From the NCBI GenBank assembly GCA_008636045.1, contig SNRW01000002.1, positions 1 to 63,388 on the forward strand: a stretch of 63,388 nt of DNA. Direction: 5' to 3'. The stretch is from Streblomastix strix. Lineage: Eukaryota. The notes beneath the pieces are model-generated. The model was not told where the DNA came from. It worked only from the letters and a program-made list of their open reading frames with translations, and did no database searches. Both the position numbers and the translations under genes were made by a program. Below are positions 1-15,189 of this stretch, one piece after another; within the stretch, counting starts at the first letter, position 1, and each line of letters starts with the position of its first letter.

Positions 1-279
1 AACCATGTATCATTATTCCCATAAATTTGTTACCATTATGACATAACTCAAAATATGCAAATTCATTTAGATTATGAACTATTGATTCAATCTGTTAATT
101 ATTCAATTAAACTTTTATTTAATTTTTAATAATTTCATTACAATATAATAAATATGAAGTGAAATTAAACTATTTTATACCAAATAATTCTTTGCTTATA
201 AATATAGATTTTATAAATCTATTGAATTTCATCATTTTACCATGATTCCAATATACTTGATTTAACTCTAATGCAATTT

Positions 280-3200
280 TCACTCGGCACTTTTGTTTGG
301 AACAAAAAGAGAACAAACAGTTTCTGTTACATCCTCTTTTTATACAAAATGCGATATTTACTTCAATCGATTCTCTCTTGCTTGCTGTGGAAGCATGAAA
401 CCAGATTAGCTCAATCTTACATTTAAATTAGCGCGTATTGCTGTTTGTCTGACAAGTTCTGGTAATGCATCTGGAGTGACTAGGCTCCAATCTTGCAGAG
501 GACCAAATGGACGAAATTAAACAGTATTCTGTCTTGTATCTTACTGGGTATGAACACGGATACGGAACAGTTTTTAGTTTGGAACTGGTGATACTATTAT
601 GTTTACATGGTTAAATGATGAAGTAATTGTATTTGGTCTATACTCATTATAATGTTCAGTCCATACTATCCGAACCCAATCATTTCCCACGTGTTTCTTC
701 TTGTGGATCTGAATTATATTCATATATAAGTAATAATAAAATATTAATTAATTTTTTAATTAATTATTAATAAATACTTGTTGTTCATCTCTATTTACTG
801 GATTAGAAGGCCAATATGACGGAATGTGAAATACAACTTCATTTGAATAATCAGCATAATATGGTAAGTATTCACCGAAGTTATAATTCTGATCAATTCC
901 ACCCTTAAATCCAGAATGATTCTTTATTTCTACCATCCATGCTAATGATGAAACAAACGAATTAAATAATGGTGATGCAGTTTCATTCGACAATATTTTA
1001 TTCTGTTCAACTTATCCTGGACCAACATATATTATCCCAATCTTATGACTTAATCTTTCACGTAATAAAGAAAGCTAATCAAGTTATCCCATCATACTAA
1101 TATTTCTTTTTATTGGTAAGAATCGAGGTTTAATTGTGCCTGTGGATGATGATAATTTTTTCAATGTTTTCAAACTCATATTCTTTGGAGGATTAGTTTG
1201 AATGCGTAATGGCGGATGATTTGATATTTAAGGTGGGATTTGATCATTTTTCATCACAGCTTTAAGTTATTAACCACGAAGTTATGCAATAATAGATGCT
1301 GGTGATACTTGTTATGGTGAAGGTGACAATATTGAACCTACATTTGAATGTTGGAGTTCCATCTATGCGGCAGCCAATACTGCAGCAGCCTCAGCTGCAG
1401 TCCCAGAAGAAAGATTATTAGCCCTATTTTGCCCTAAATTTAATGAATTTGAATTAATCTTTGATTTAAAAGAAGAAGAAACAATGCTCACTCTCTCTTT
1501 CTATGTTCGAAACACAGGGCCATCATATTAAATATTTCCTACACTTGCACATGTTGAAACACCTAAGTGCGCAAGTAAGGAGCGGTTTTATGTAAAGAAA
1601 GAAAAACTTTATGGGAAAGCAATAATATTTTGAGGAAAAGAATGATGAAAGTTCTTTTTCATTTGTGATTCATCAAAATACTATCTCCATAATAAATTAT
1701 TGGAATCTAACTCATTTTCATCTTAATCTTCGCATTTATCATAATAGTTTTGATTTTTAAGTTATTCTTTCATTTACTCATTTTCACCTTTCTATCCATA
1801 AGATTGTTTATGACTATAAGAATTAATTTGTTTCATGGCAATGGGTGGAGACTAAGATAATGATAAAGAAGAAGGAATCTTATGATATGAAGATGACTGC
1901 AACAAAGGTAGTGATGACGAAATTACATCTTATTTCTATAAAATTGTTTTTTATTAATCATTAATTTTACGTATATGATAACAAGTTGAAAATGTAGCAT
2001 ATTTCCTTCTTATCAGATGGTCTTATTTTATCAATTTCTTTGTTGTTATATCATTATTTACTATAACTGAATCTATAAGTTTCAAATCCATTCCTTTACC
2101 AATCTTCAATTAATTTTATAATAGTACTCGAAATGGATCAAAATTTACATTAAATAATTAAGAATGAGCTGAATAATTAAAATCTTTTTTTCTTTTTTCA
2201 TTTCCATTAAATAAATCGTTATATTTTATATGTAATTATTAATATCCACTGAATTCAAATAAAGATCTTGGTATGGAGTTGTGGCTATTATTAATATTAT
2301 CATTACTTTCTTATTTATTTATATTTGCGATGAATACAGATAGATATGTAAGATATGGGTCAGCATAACTCCAAGCATAATTTGGTAAAATTTAAGAAAT
2401 ATCATCTTATGAAATTTAAGAAAGTGGAGAAAAAAACGACAGAAATTAATTATTCATATTTTAATTAAAATCTTAATTATGTGTTTGAGTTTGTAGAGTT
2501 GAAAGTATCTTTGATGAGTTTTGATTTGAATTAATATTATTTGTCTCTGTTTTCTCAATTTCTTCATCTACTTATTCAACCCATTCAATTATATTTTCAC
2601 TTTCTGACCATATTTCGTCATCTTCATTATTTTTAATATCATCTTCATAAATTTCCTTATCAATTTTTTCTTTTCTCGAAGTATAAGGCTTTAAGTGAAT
2701 TGGTTCAAAAATATTATTATAAAAATTAGATTTATTTTTCAAACTTTATTTTCTTTATTTTTAATTTTATTCACAATTTAATAATTTGGGTACATCTTCT
2801 TCCTATTTTTTATTAATATTAGTAATATTCTATTCAGATTCATTCTAATTTTGCTTTAACTTTATCATTTAAGTATTTTATTTAAATGGTAAATCAATAA
2901 TTTCCTTAACACTCTAACAATCCCAAGCATAGTCTCCAAATTTTCCATTAATAATAATAGTAGATAATGAGCCTTCATAATATTATACATTAAAAGATGC
3001 ATCATAGAAAGGATGGGGAAATAATTATGAAGGTGAATGTGAATAAGATAATTATTTTGATCCTTATAATTCTTCATTTTAACCTTAATAATCATTATCA
3101 TTTATCTTTTTCATTTTATTATTCTAAATTTTAACTGGCTATTCAATAAATGAAACAAGGTTATTTTCATTTGTAATAAACATTCGAGAAACATTTTCTG

Positions 3201-6200
3201 GTTAAATATGAAAATTATTTATTAATTATTATTAATTTTTATTTAAATTCAATTACTAAAATTTTAATGATTGTTTTAAATTAATTAATTCTGCATTTTC
3301 TATCGTTGAATTGTGAGACAATTCTTATTTAATAATTGAATCGTTTTATATTGGAATATTAGATGAATTCGGCTATTTAATGTTTTTCCAATCTAAAGTA
3401 AGAGCTGAGCTCAATCTCGATTTTGCCATCGAGTTTAAATTTTATTAAGAATTCAAAGACTGATTTTATTATTTCAATTAATTTTACTATAAAGTATTTA
3501 TTGTTTCTGTTTATGTAAAGAATGGATTTTAGTCCCTGGCACCCAAACAGAATGGGAAATTTAGAGCATCTTTTTGTGTTATTGAGAATGAATGTGTATT
3601 TGATTTAGTATGGGTTAAAGTAGTTGAAGAATCTTTTTGATTATTATTTAATGTATGAGGTGGTATTTCATTATCAACATTTCCTTCATTTCCATCAATT
3701 TCATTCCACCTATCAGGAGACTAGGAATGATTTTATTTTATTGAATGTAATAGTTATTAATTTCTGGGAGAAAATTTGGTGTTTTAAGATTAAAATTGAT
3801 CATTTTAATCATTAACACTCTCTTTACTTTATTCTTATTCTAATTCTTTCTTTTTAATTTCATTTTTCTCTTTATTTTAACTTTCTTCTTTATCCTTCTA
3901 TTTTATTCTATTCATAAATTTTATTTATTTATGAGGATTAATAAACGAAAGATTGAATGATTCCTAAGAAATGACTGGTTATTATATGGCTGAAGTTATT
4001 CCAATTGTCGCTAATGAAACTGGATTAAATTCTAAAGAATTAATAAATAATATAAAGAGAAATTGGTAAATAATATAAAGAGAAATTGGTAAATAAAAAC
4101 AAATATATGAATATAGAAAATATATATATTTTATACCATCACGCATATCTGATGTAGTTCTTTTCTTCACTCTTAATACATCTGAACTTATTTTTTACTG
4201 ATATTATTGTTGTATTTATTATTGGGATTTTAATTCTTGTATTTACTGTTATTGTAATTATTACTCAGGTGTGGAATATAGAGTAAATGCTACATGAGTA
4301 ATTCCCTCTTATTTTACTGGCTTTAATTGTGGCGAATGAGCAGATGATTATTATTGTTAATATTACTAAACATATTAATCAGAATTATTTCGTTTCTTTT
4401 TATCTTCCAAATTATCCCAAGGTGTGAAAGAGAAAAATTATGAGAAGAATTAATCTTTTAGTGAATGTTATTACTAAGTTTGATATTACTAACGAAGAGA
4501 ATTTAAGAAAGGAGGTTATGATGGAGGTTATACGAAGAGTGGTAATGATTGTTGTTGTCCATTCTTTTCTATCTCTTATTATTGTAATGTTATTTCAGTT
4601 TCACGATTATTGACTAATTATAAGGATTATTATTGCTATGATATAGATCGTTATTATTGTATAGAATTAGAAGAAGGTGAAAGTTAATTTGAAGTAACTG
4701 GTGACAGCTATATATTTGTTAATGATTAAATTGGTTGCTGTTGAGTTATTTATTATTATTTTGGTAAATTTGAGATATATTTAGGTTATCTGAACTTTGG
4801 TTAATTTAGTAATTATGGAGGAGAAGAAGGAGAAGGTGATAATGAAGATGAAACTTAATTTGATTATGAAGATTGAGAAAGTGGGTGATTTTTATCCACA
4901 TTCTGTAAAACTACACCAAGTTTCTTTTCATTTACATTAATGCTTTATTATAATGACTAATTCAAAGATACCAATTTCCGTCCTGGAGGAAGTGTTGAAG
5001 GAAGAGAAGGAGGCTGACTTTATGGAATTGATGGAGGAGGTTTTGGTTTTGCTTTATTGATATCTTTATCTTTATCTGAATCTTTCTCAATTTCTTTATC
5101 AATATCCTTTAATAATGAAGGTGAGCTCCTTCCATCTGAAGTTATACTCAATCATGAAAGTTGTTGAAATGGTTATTACTAATTTATTAATTCCTGTTTA
5201 TCTCCAATTGCCTGCTAATATTACATATTACTTTTAGGTTAATTAGGAGAAAGAAATTATTATTATTATGCTTAATTACGAGATAATGAAGCAAAAGACA
5301 TTGATTGATTCTAATAGTGAATAAAAATAAAAATTATTAAGAATAATATTTGTAAATAAATTCCATAATTATTACAAATCCAAATAAAATATATCAATTA
5401 TTAATTCAAATTTAATACCTCCAGCAATTTCTATTTTCTTTCATTGTCTTAAGTTTGTTTCTAATGTTATTTCTGAAGTAATTTTTTATCTTATTAATTT
5501 GTATATTCTAATATAATATCTAAAATTTAATTAAAATTTGAAGCTGACGTTTGAGATTCGTCCACTGAATATGCAAAAAATTAAAAATAATAATTAAAAA
5601 ATAATTAATTTACTATTCAATGTCAATAATATTTACTTTTTCATTTGTATAATTACAATTAATTCATTATTATTCTCATACAAATATTAATTTAAGTTGA
5701 AACAGATGAATGCGGAGGTAATGGAAAACAGCCAAATCTCTGCAATAACATAGAAAATAAGAAATATGCTCCGTGAATTGGTGAATCTGTCATTGAAATT
5801 TGTTGTGAAGCCTAAGAATTGGATGTTGAAGATGAAGTAGAAACAGTTGAAGGTGTTTATTACTGTTACTGCTAAGTATTGGTATTAGAACTAAATTAAG
5901 GCCCCAACAATTCAATTGTGTCTTAAATAAGATCAAAAACCTGAGAAATAAGTTTTGCACCTTGTTATGATTTTAATATGGTGGAAGGAGAAATCATAAA
6001 CCAATCAGATAATGTATAAAAACACTTAGATATTAACATTCCATATATCTGATGAATAATAAGTGATAAAAATATTAAATTAAAGTAAAAGAAATAATAT
6101 TTAAATTATGATTATTAAATAATTTCATACATCTATTATAGAGGCTGGTTCTTTCTCCTATAAATTTACATTAATCTAAGAATTTGAATTTAAAGATGAA

Positions 6201-9200
6201 GGTGAAGAAGATGAAAGTAATTTTGATTAAGATGATGGTGAAGATATATATTATACCAGAAATAATAATAGTTCTTGTGTAAATCGAATAAGTTCAAAAG
6301 TGGTATTTATTATGCAATCCTAAAAATTAAATAATTGAATTAATATAAATAATTTGAAATATTATAAAATAATTTAAAGCATCAAATCATCATATTTTTA
6401 TCATACCTTATTCTCTAATTCATCTTCATTATATTTCTTATTTTCCTTTAATAATTTATTATTACTAATTATCTTTGCTGAAGATGCAAGGGATGAAAGA
6501 CAATCAAGAATATCAATTATGTTCTCTGACTGTTCCAAAGACAAATAAATTTGTGAAGAAGAAGAAGATGATGATGATGAAGATGATGATGATGAAGAAG
6601 ATGATGATGATGAAGAAGATGATGATGAAGATGAAGAAGATGATGATGATGAAGATAGTTAAGAAGATTTTGGAATAAATTTTTTATTTTCAACTTTTTT
6701 CTAATTTAATTATTCACTTTCTTATTCCTGTTTAAATGGAAGGTGAAGCAACTAACAAAATTTCTAAATAATCATTTTTGTTATTTAATATTCATTTTTC
6801 ACTTCTTGAAAAGCTATTGTCACTAATTGCCATTGTATACGACGTGAAAGATTATTCAATATTGGTTTTATATGCAATGATTCTATTAGAGTATTTAATA
6901 CTTATTAACTCAACTATTTATATGTCTGTGGGCGAGAGGATGCACGATACAATTTAGCGATCTTATATTCATTACGAGTAAGATGATGATTAATGGAATA
7001 AGATAAAGAAGAAGCACTTGAAGAAGAGGATAATTTATTTTATTATGAAAATTTAGATTAAAACTTTGTTTAAGGAGAGTTTTATTGAATTTGTGATTTT
7101 TCAAATGTTTTCTTAGGAACAAATGAAGTTGATGTTGTTTTAACAGTAGATTACTAATTTTCGGTCTTTTCACCTTTCTCAATATTCTTTTATAATTCTT
7201 TCTTACCTTTGTCTTCTTCATCCAACATCATATGATATAATATCGGAGGTAATTTAATTAGATTTGGTTTTTCAGATTATTTTAATTGTTTTATTCTTGA
7301 TGGATCCGATGGATTTAATCTTTAAGGAATTGTAGATTTAAAGAACATATAAGGCTTAATAAAATATAATATAAAATACAATAAATAAAAATTATAAGAA
7401 AAAATTTAATATAAAAAAAAGTTCGTTTTCAATCTCTATATATTTTTATCATATAAAAACCTTTTCAGTTTACTTTAACTCTGGTATTTATTTGTCACCA
7501 TAATATTATCCTAATATGTATAATTATCCTAATATTATTGTACTATTATAACGAATTGAAACATTTGCATGTGGCTAAATAAATAAATTAATAAAAAAAT
7601 ATTGGTAAATTAAAATAAATAATAAACACTATAATCAAACTTAATATTTCCTATTTATATTTTATTATATATTATAAAATTATTAATATTATTAATCTTA
7701 CTCAAACTTTTAGAAGATTTCGTCTCAAAAATGGGAAAATAAGTCCAGCAACTGTTGATCCAAGTTCAAAATTGTTTGTTAATAATGGAAATAGAGATTA
7801 ATAAAGTTATTCTTGTATTTATTCATAAAATATTTATTTATTAATATCGTTGTTTTAAATTAAATTATTGGATTGTTCTATTTAACTATCTTTCTTATCT
7901 TCAACTTCAACTTTAATTTATTAATTTGCATCAAATTAAATTTCAGTTTATATAGCCCTATTTTTCTAATCAATATTAACAGATTGATCTTTTTCTAATT
8001 AAACTTTTTCTAATTAAGTGAATTTTTCTTTCCTATCATCTTCTCCGTAACTATCTTCTCCATCATCCTCCATTTATCTTCCATATTCTTTTTCATCTTC
8101 AGCATTCATTATACTCAATGCAGCAGCTAAAGTACTAATAAAAGCTCCTCTATAAGCAGAATTGAATTTCTATACTCCCAATGAAGTGAATATTTCAAAG
8201 AAACATCCAGTTGCTTCTGCTCTGCCAATATAAAAATCCTTTTTATCTTCAATGATAGCTTGAATAAGCCACGATCCTGCAAAGTCTAAGATAATGTTTG
8301 CATTGACTGGAGGAGGAAATATAACAATATTTTTCCATTATTCATTTGTTTATATTGATATATCTATTTTTAAAAACATTTTACAAACTTATATCAGTGT
8401 TTGAATACAAGAGCGGAATGTATCAGACATTTTGGAAAGTGTGAATGATTATTAATTATTATTTTAATTAAACCCAGAATCTATAATTGCAAAAGTGTCA
8501 TTTTAATCTATTTATTCAATTTCTCTTTTCACTTCTCGTTTGGATACTCCTTTTATAGCTAAATTTTCATCATTATCTTTAATAATAACGTCATCATTAG
8601 AGTTTTTATTTCTAGAATCTATCTTTAATTGTTCTTTCTCTATCTCTTTTTATTCTTCTATTTAATTTATCTTATTATTTATCATATTTGGATTTCCTAA
8701 GATGCGAAGGAATTTGGCAAAGAGAAATGAAGCTCTTTCAATTGTCATGGTGATAGACTTTAATGGTTAATCTTTACTATTAATAAATAATAGGATGTAT
8801 ATTATTCACAATAGTAAACAAATAATGTTTGATATTATTATTGTTGGTAATTAAATCTATTAAATAAAAAAACCTTCTGTTCAATTGTATTAATGCAAAT
8901 GGAGATCCAAATGGAGATCCATACATTAAATTCAGAAGAAAAGCAACAAGCATTTCCTAATATTAAATATATTAAAGAAAAACATATCATTAATAATTAT
9001 TCAAATATTTCACATCTATGAACAAACTAAAGTTGATCGCCAATGAGTGATCACAATATTATGCTGAGTCCATTGATGAGCAATAAGCATAAAAACATCC
9101 CAAATATCAATGTCTTCAATTTCACTACAAATAAACATGTTGAATAATGTCTAAATATAACCATTAATAAATATATATATATTTAAAGAAAGAAGAAAAT

Positions 9201-9990
9201 GAATAAATATCTACAAACTTGGATATATCTTTCTCCCAAAATTTCCAATAAACTCTCCGCTGATTTACAATTAAATAAGTAATCACCCACCCCAAGAAAA
9301 GTTTTAAATATATTACCCCATGTCTTATTCTCAACTTCTGAGTGGAATTTGTATACAAAATTATTCATTATTTCCAATATACGCATACAGAGATCCGTTT
9401 GTTTAACAATTGAAGTGGAGTCAGAAGATTATCAAGTTTCAAATAATAGCGAGAAGTGATGGATGATACTCTTGAAAAAATATTTATAAATAAATGTATA
9501 TAAAATATTGAAAAAAATAAAGATCAAACCACAAAAAACTCCTATTTGTTATCTTCAAACACTGCATTTCTGGGTAAATCAAAAATCCATTGTTGATATA
9601 TATTTGTGGCCCCATTAATGAGCTTTTCCGATGAAACTGGTAATGAAAAAGCAGTCCCTATTAGCTCCATGTTAAGGCGGAATTAGTTTACATTCCGAAG
9701 TTCATTAAGTGCGTCTTTATGCCCATCAAAGAATATAATTGGCACAGAAATAAGATTTTCTTTGTACGTTAATGGCATCCCACTTAAAATGTTTTAATTT
9801 TCTTTCACATCTTAAAGTCCTAGTTCTGCAATGTGAGAGAGAAACATTTATCTTTTAATAATAAAAAATATTAAATAAGTAAAATGATACTAAAAAATTA
9901 AAACTTAAATTTATGTAGCAAGCGAAATCATGAAAATAAAATAAAAATGTAAAACTTATCATTGCTGAATGTGTTTTTTTAATATAACAT
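280..9990 (-). CDS. RalGAP-family (Rap/Ran-GAP, tuberin-like) GTPase-activating protein, multi-exon; 5' end approximate
   Basis: With TAR=Gln the C-terminal Rap-GAP domain reads RERLSHKIGIIYVGPGQ...EVVFHIP...KKHVGNDWVRIVWTEH...FGPLQD...LVRQTAIRA, with stop TGA at 280-282. The N-terminal half has RalGAP motifs MELIGTAFSLP, IYQQWI, TDLCMRIL, KTWGNIF, FLRILGNP, ILDFAGSWL, GRAEATG and GKFGDYAW. In-frame TGA at 9432-9434 and 5152-5154. Confidence 0.85.
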
Positions 9991-10607
9991 CAAAAATGAA
10001 CCTGGTATAATTATTGTGTTTATTAAAAAAACCACACAGAACTTATACAATTCTAATATTTATCAATCTAAATCAAAGCTCATAAACCAAAATAGATTTT
10101 AAGAACTGAATTAACTTTTTATCCCTTCAACTATATACGCTATTTTCTTATTTTCTACATCACATATCACACATTAACCAAAAATAATATAAAAAATCAT
10201 CATTTTCATAAGTTTCCGATGAGATATTTCTTCAGAAATATTCTAAGCATGATTTCTCGCTATTCATTATATTAGCATATAATTATGTTAATTATTTACT
10301 CTTAATTTTCATGTAATTTGTTCAATTTATACACTTTATTATAAATATTTGTTATATACAACCATCATTTGTTCAACAAAATTACCAAATAAAATCTTCA
10401 TTTTTCTCCATTAGTAGGCAGAAATTTGTATTTTTAAATACTACAAATCATAATTTTTCATGTTTTTAATTCAATTTATTCAAAATTGCGTATTTTATTC
10501 ATTCGGACAACGATTAATAAACGATCAAAGAAATTCAAAAATTCTTTCTTTTTTTTTTTATTTTTTAAATTTTCATTACTTTTTTATTTACCTCTTGCAG
10601 AAGAATA

Positions 10608-13600
10608 ATGGAGCTAGAAACGCCATAATACTAAGATTGTTTGCCCCGTTATTAACCATCATTCTCACATAAATTTGTAATTTTTATACTCTACATCATT
10701 CCAGTCGAAATAGTGAAGAAATTGTTTGGTGGAGCGATGGGTAAGACATTCTTAGTGAGGCTAAAAGCAACAGGAGTATTGTATGTGATGAAGAGAGTTG
10801 ATTACCTGGATGAGAATGATAAAAGGATGGCTGACGAAGAGGTCGAACAAACACGACAACTTTCTTCTCGTTATACAGTTTGCTCATTTTATTTTACATC
10901 ATCAAACATATGAACATAAAAACTTTATCTCTACTCTAGGTACATTTGGTTTGTTCATTTGTAGATCGCTGTGACTTGTATTAAATTACTGAGTACTGCT
11001 CGCATGGTGACCTTCGAAAATAGATTGCTGAACTCCAGAAACTTCCTGAAGAGGAACATCTGAACGTTTAAATTCTTTATTTATTTGTATCAATTTAATA
11101 TATATATTAAATAGCGCGTATATTAGTTGTTTGCATAGATAATCCTTGCATTAGACCATCTTCATTCTCATGAGGTTGTGCACCGGTTTGTGGATAATTT
11201 TAATTTATTTTGATAATTTAATACAATATTATTTCAGGGACATCAAACCAGAGAATATCTTTGTAATGGAAGATGGATCTGTAAGACTTGGTATATTTAT
11301 GATTTGGTTCAATATCTATATTTTTATATCTATCATTTTATTCTTCAGGTGATTTTGGACTCGCAAAGGATATGACTGAGAAAGATTATGCTACGATCGC
11401 TGGAACTAAGTTTAAGCAAAATTTTCATTTATTTTTGATAGTTACTCGTATTAATTAATTTCTGTACTTTGAACAGGATGTATATGGCAGCAGAAGTGTG
11501 GATGGTTAAGAGGTATGTAATGATAATTATTTTTATAAATTGATTCATAATATCATTTATTTAATCTTTTTAATTGTACTTAGAATGGACTACTGTTCAG
11601 ATATATATGCCACTGGAGTTGTAATATATGAATTATTAACTGGATCTCACCCATTTGCAGCAGATTCAGAATAAGAAATGATTGAAAAAATAAGAAAAGG
11701 TGATGTATAACAGATTCCATAATATGTACCACCTGTTCTAAAAAAGCTATTATTAAATATGCTTAGTCCAGTGTGATATTATTCAATATAAATATTTAAA
11801 TTTATCTATCTATTTATTTTTTTATTATTTGTTTAATAATCGAAATAGGATTACATCAAACGACCTTCAACAAAAGACATTATGAATTTTGAGGTTATAA
11901 AATCAAATATTCAATAGTTTCAAGAGAGATTAATCTAATAAGATACTTAGAGAGAGATAGATTAATAAAGTACAGTTTTATCATCAGTAAAGAAAATTAC
12001 GTTGTTAGAATTAAGAGAAATTTAAAAAGATATTTAATTATAATAAGAAAATATAATAATAACAAAAGATCAGATCAATTTTCGAACTTAAGTACTGAAA
12101 GCTGCTCGTTGTATTCATTCATAATGTTAAGAAGAAGCTAACGAAGAGATGTAAAACATTGAATTGGAATTAATTAACTTTGCTGCAAATTTGTAACATG
12201 TCTCATTAAGAGATCATGAAGATATTGAATCTTTATTTTCGAGTGGATTCATGATAGAGATGCTTGATTTAATTCGTCGAACTGATGTAGATTTGATTTC
12301 TAGTAATACATTAAGAACTGTATCTTATATTTCTGAAAATGGAACAGCAGAACAATCACATAAATTGTTCATGATGAACACAATATAGATTCTTACTCCA
12401 AAACTGAAAAGCAAGAATTTTTACATTCAGAGATGTATTTTATGGTCATTCTTTTAAATAGTTAGGAAAGGATGGATATAATCAAAATTGAATATTCAAC
12501 AGAATTAGAATATATCTTCTATTGATTAATAATCACTTAATTGTGGATTTTCATCATAATTAAATTAATAATAACCTCAAATTTTCTAATAATAATTAAA
12601 TTCTTCAAATTAATCACTCTTTCCTAATATATCATTTAAATTGTAGAATCATTTCCTTATTCAACATCCATATTTAATTACATTTGAAAAGTAAGGAGTT
12701 TATCGGAAAATTATTGAAGATATTCTGGCAAATAAAGAAGTTGAATTAAAGACAAAATTAATTTATGTTGGTCTTCTTGACATTATTTTTGTTCATGGAG
12801 TTATCCTTCCTGTAGATATTCGATCACAAATAATAAAAGATTTTTGTACTCAAGCAAAATCAAATAATGATTATATTAAAATTAATGCATTAAAATTAAT
12901 TGTGCATTTATCTGTAAATAAAGGTTTGAAAATAATATTGTTTTATTTTTTTAATTTGCAATTTTCATTTCATAAAGCATTAAAAACATATATGATATAT
13001 TACACTTTTGTTTTATTTTAAAATAACTTATTTAATATTTATATTTTAATTAATAGAGAATCATGAAGCAATTATAAATGAGGAATTTCTGGAATCAATA
13101 CTTGAATATTTTAGGTTTCTATATAGTAATAATTCTTCTAATTTTTTAATTTTTTTACCAATTTTTTTTGTTTAATTATATTCATTTATTGTAATTTATT
13201 AAACTTTTATTACAGAAAAATTGCAAATGGATAGAAAGTTATTCCAGAACAAATTAAATATTCAATAACTATCTTACAATAGATATTTATTTTTGGTTCA
13301 AATATAACAAAGCGATTAATAAGAAAAGAAATTTCAACAGAAATACTTAATAAACTTAAGGAGAATAATTATTATGAATAGGAAGCCACAATACTTGAAA
13401 GTATTTTTGCTGATCCAGAAACATTGGATATTTTAATGAAGGTTTTAAGATTTATTTCATATAAGATTGAAGAAAAGAGAATTGAAATGATTGAAGATGG
13501 ATTATTATCTTTATTAAAATAAGAGATGGAAAAAATGAAATTGGAAGAAGAAGGAAAAATTATCAAAATTAGTCAGTTAATATCTTAATTGAGTAATTTT

Positions 13601-14602
13601 GATTGCAAAATTAGTCAGATGATCATTGAAGAAAATGATTTCTTAGTTAAATATCTTTCCATTCTTAGTGCAATTCCAATGAATAAGATTAAAGAATGCT
13701 ACCTTGAACCTATAAATCGATTATCCTCTAAAATTGGGGTAGAATTTTATTAGAAGTTATATTAAATGGGAATAGTTCAATTAATGATGAAGATGTTAAA
13801 TTCATTGGATATCAAAATTTAAACGAATGCAATAAAAATAATTTCAAATATAATCAAAGGAAATTCAATTGGATTGAAAGATCAAGATCATCATCCATAT
13901 CTAATCTTATTAGCCAACCTTGGATATATTAACTAATTAATAATATTATTCAAAAATGATAATTTAAAATATATTCACGAAGAAATATCAATAATTTTAG
14001 CCAATATATTTAAAGCTCTTCCAGTTCCATCTGAAATACGAAAAATGGTCATAAATCAACTGAATAGTTTTGATTATTTTGATGAACTAGGACTTCTTGC
14101 AGAAAACTAATCAAATCATAACATTATTTTATAGAATATATTGAAAGAAAACTTCATAAAAAATGATAAAAATATGTTATCGAACCTTCACCTTAAATAT
14201 TAACTAATTCAATTTGGAACGAATGAAATGAAGAGAAATATTATTAATTAATTTAAAGATTAAATTGAATAATTGATTGATGATGAATAGTTGAATAAAT
14301 TGGTTAATTTAAATCATTGGGAAAAAGATATGAAAGAAAAGATTAAAATGAAAGCAAAAGATATTCATTTATTGATTGAAGCACAAAAAAATGAAGTAAA
14401 TTACAAAACTTAAGATTTGAATTATAACAAAATATAAAATCAGACAAATGATGAAGCTTCATAATAATAATCAAATATATTTTCATAAGTTTCTTCTTCG
14501 ATTTCATTAATATCATTACCTCCATTATCATAATCTCAGTCATAAACAAAGTTAAATTTCAAAAGACACAAAGCAAGAGATGAAAATGAAGAATATATTT
14601 GA
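10608..14602 (+). CDS. NEK-like Ser/Thr protein kinase with long C-terminal helical (ARM-like) region, multi-exon
   Basis: Spliced translation MELETPQYQDFEIVKKLFGGAMGKTFLV...YVMKRV...EYCSHGDL...HRDIKPENIF...GDFGLAK...GTKMYMAAEV...DIYATGV...GSHPF. First TGA at 14600-14602; a second in-frame TGA at 14615-14617 is an alternative end. Confidence 0.85.
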
Positions 14603-15189
14603 TAAATGATAATTTGAAAATTATTCAATGAAGCTGATAGTTTATCATATCTTCAAAGCAAGATTGAGCTCTTGTGTTAAATTCAATTAGATGTTATAGT
14701 GGCATAGAGAATATTTATATTCATTTAGTTATTTTTATTTCTTCTTAATTTTAACCTTCTCAATTAACTTATATTTTAATTTGGATTTCATACATTCATC
14801 CTATTCCTGTCTATTAGGCAGAAGATAATCTTGATTTTATATGATTTCATCTCATCTCTTTAAATCCATACCATTTTTTTCATTCGTTATATTTATTGTT
14901 CAGTTGATTCAATAAACGAAAAGCACTGTGGCATATTTATTAGAATTAAATAATTTTTTATTGATTAATTCAATATTATTATATTTTATATACTATTTTT
15001 TAATAATAATTCAACGAATAATACATTCTAAAACAAAATAATGCACAATTCCTCAGAAAATTAACAAATTGTTAATTTGTTAATAACATTACATTTTCTT
15101 TCAAAATTACTAACATTATATCCTACAAAACACACATTTCTCCGATCTCTTTAATTGTTAAAACATTATTCATTTTTCTAGAAATTTTC

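Noticed and set aside
1..240. Possible 5' exons of a minus-strand gene running off the left edge
   Set aside because: No consistent splice phase or recognisable domain could be established.
5147..5179. A 33-nt GT..AG segment on the - strand that could splice out the TGA at 5152
   Set aside because: It is shorter than the other introns here, ends in GAG and reads as normal coding sequence. RNA-seq is needed to exclude it fully.
14620..14900. Coding-like remnant downstream of the kinase
   Set aside because: Short, interrupted, and no recognisable homology.
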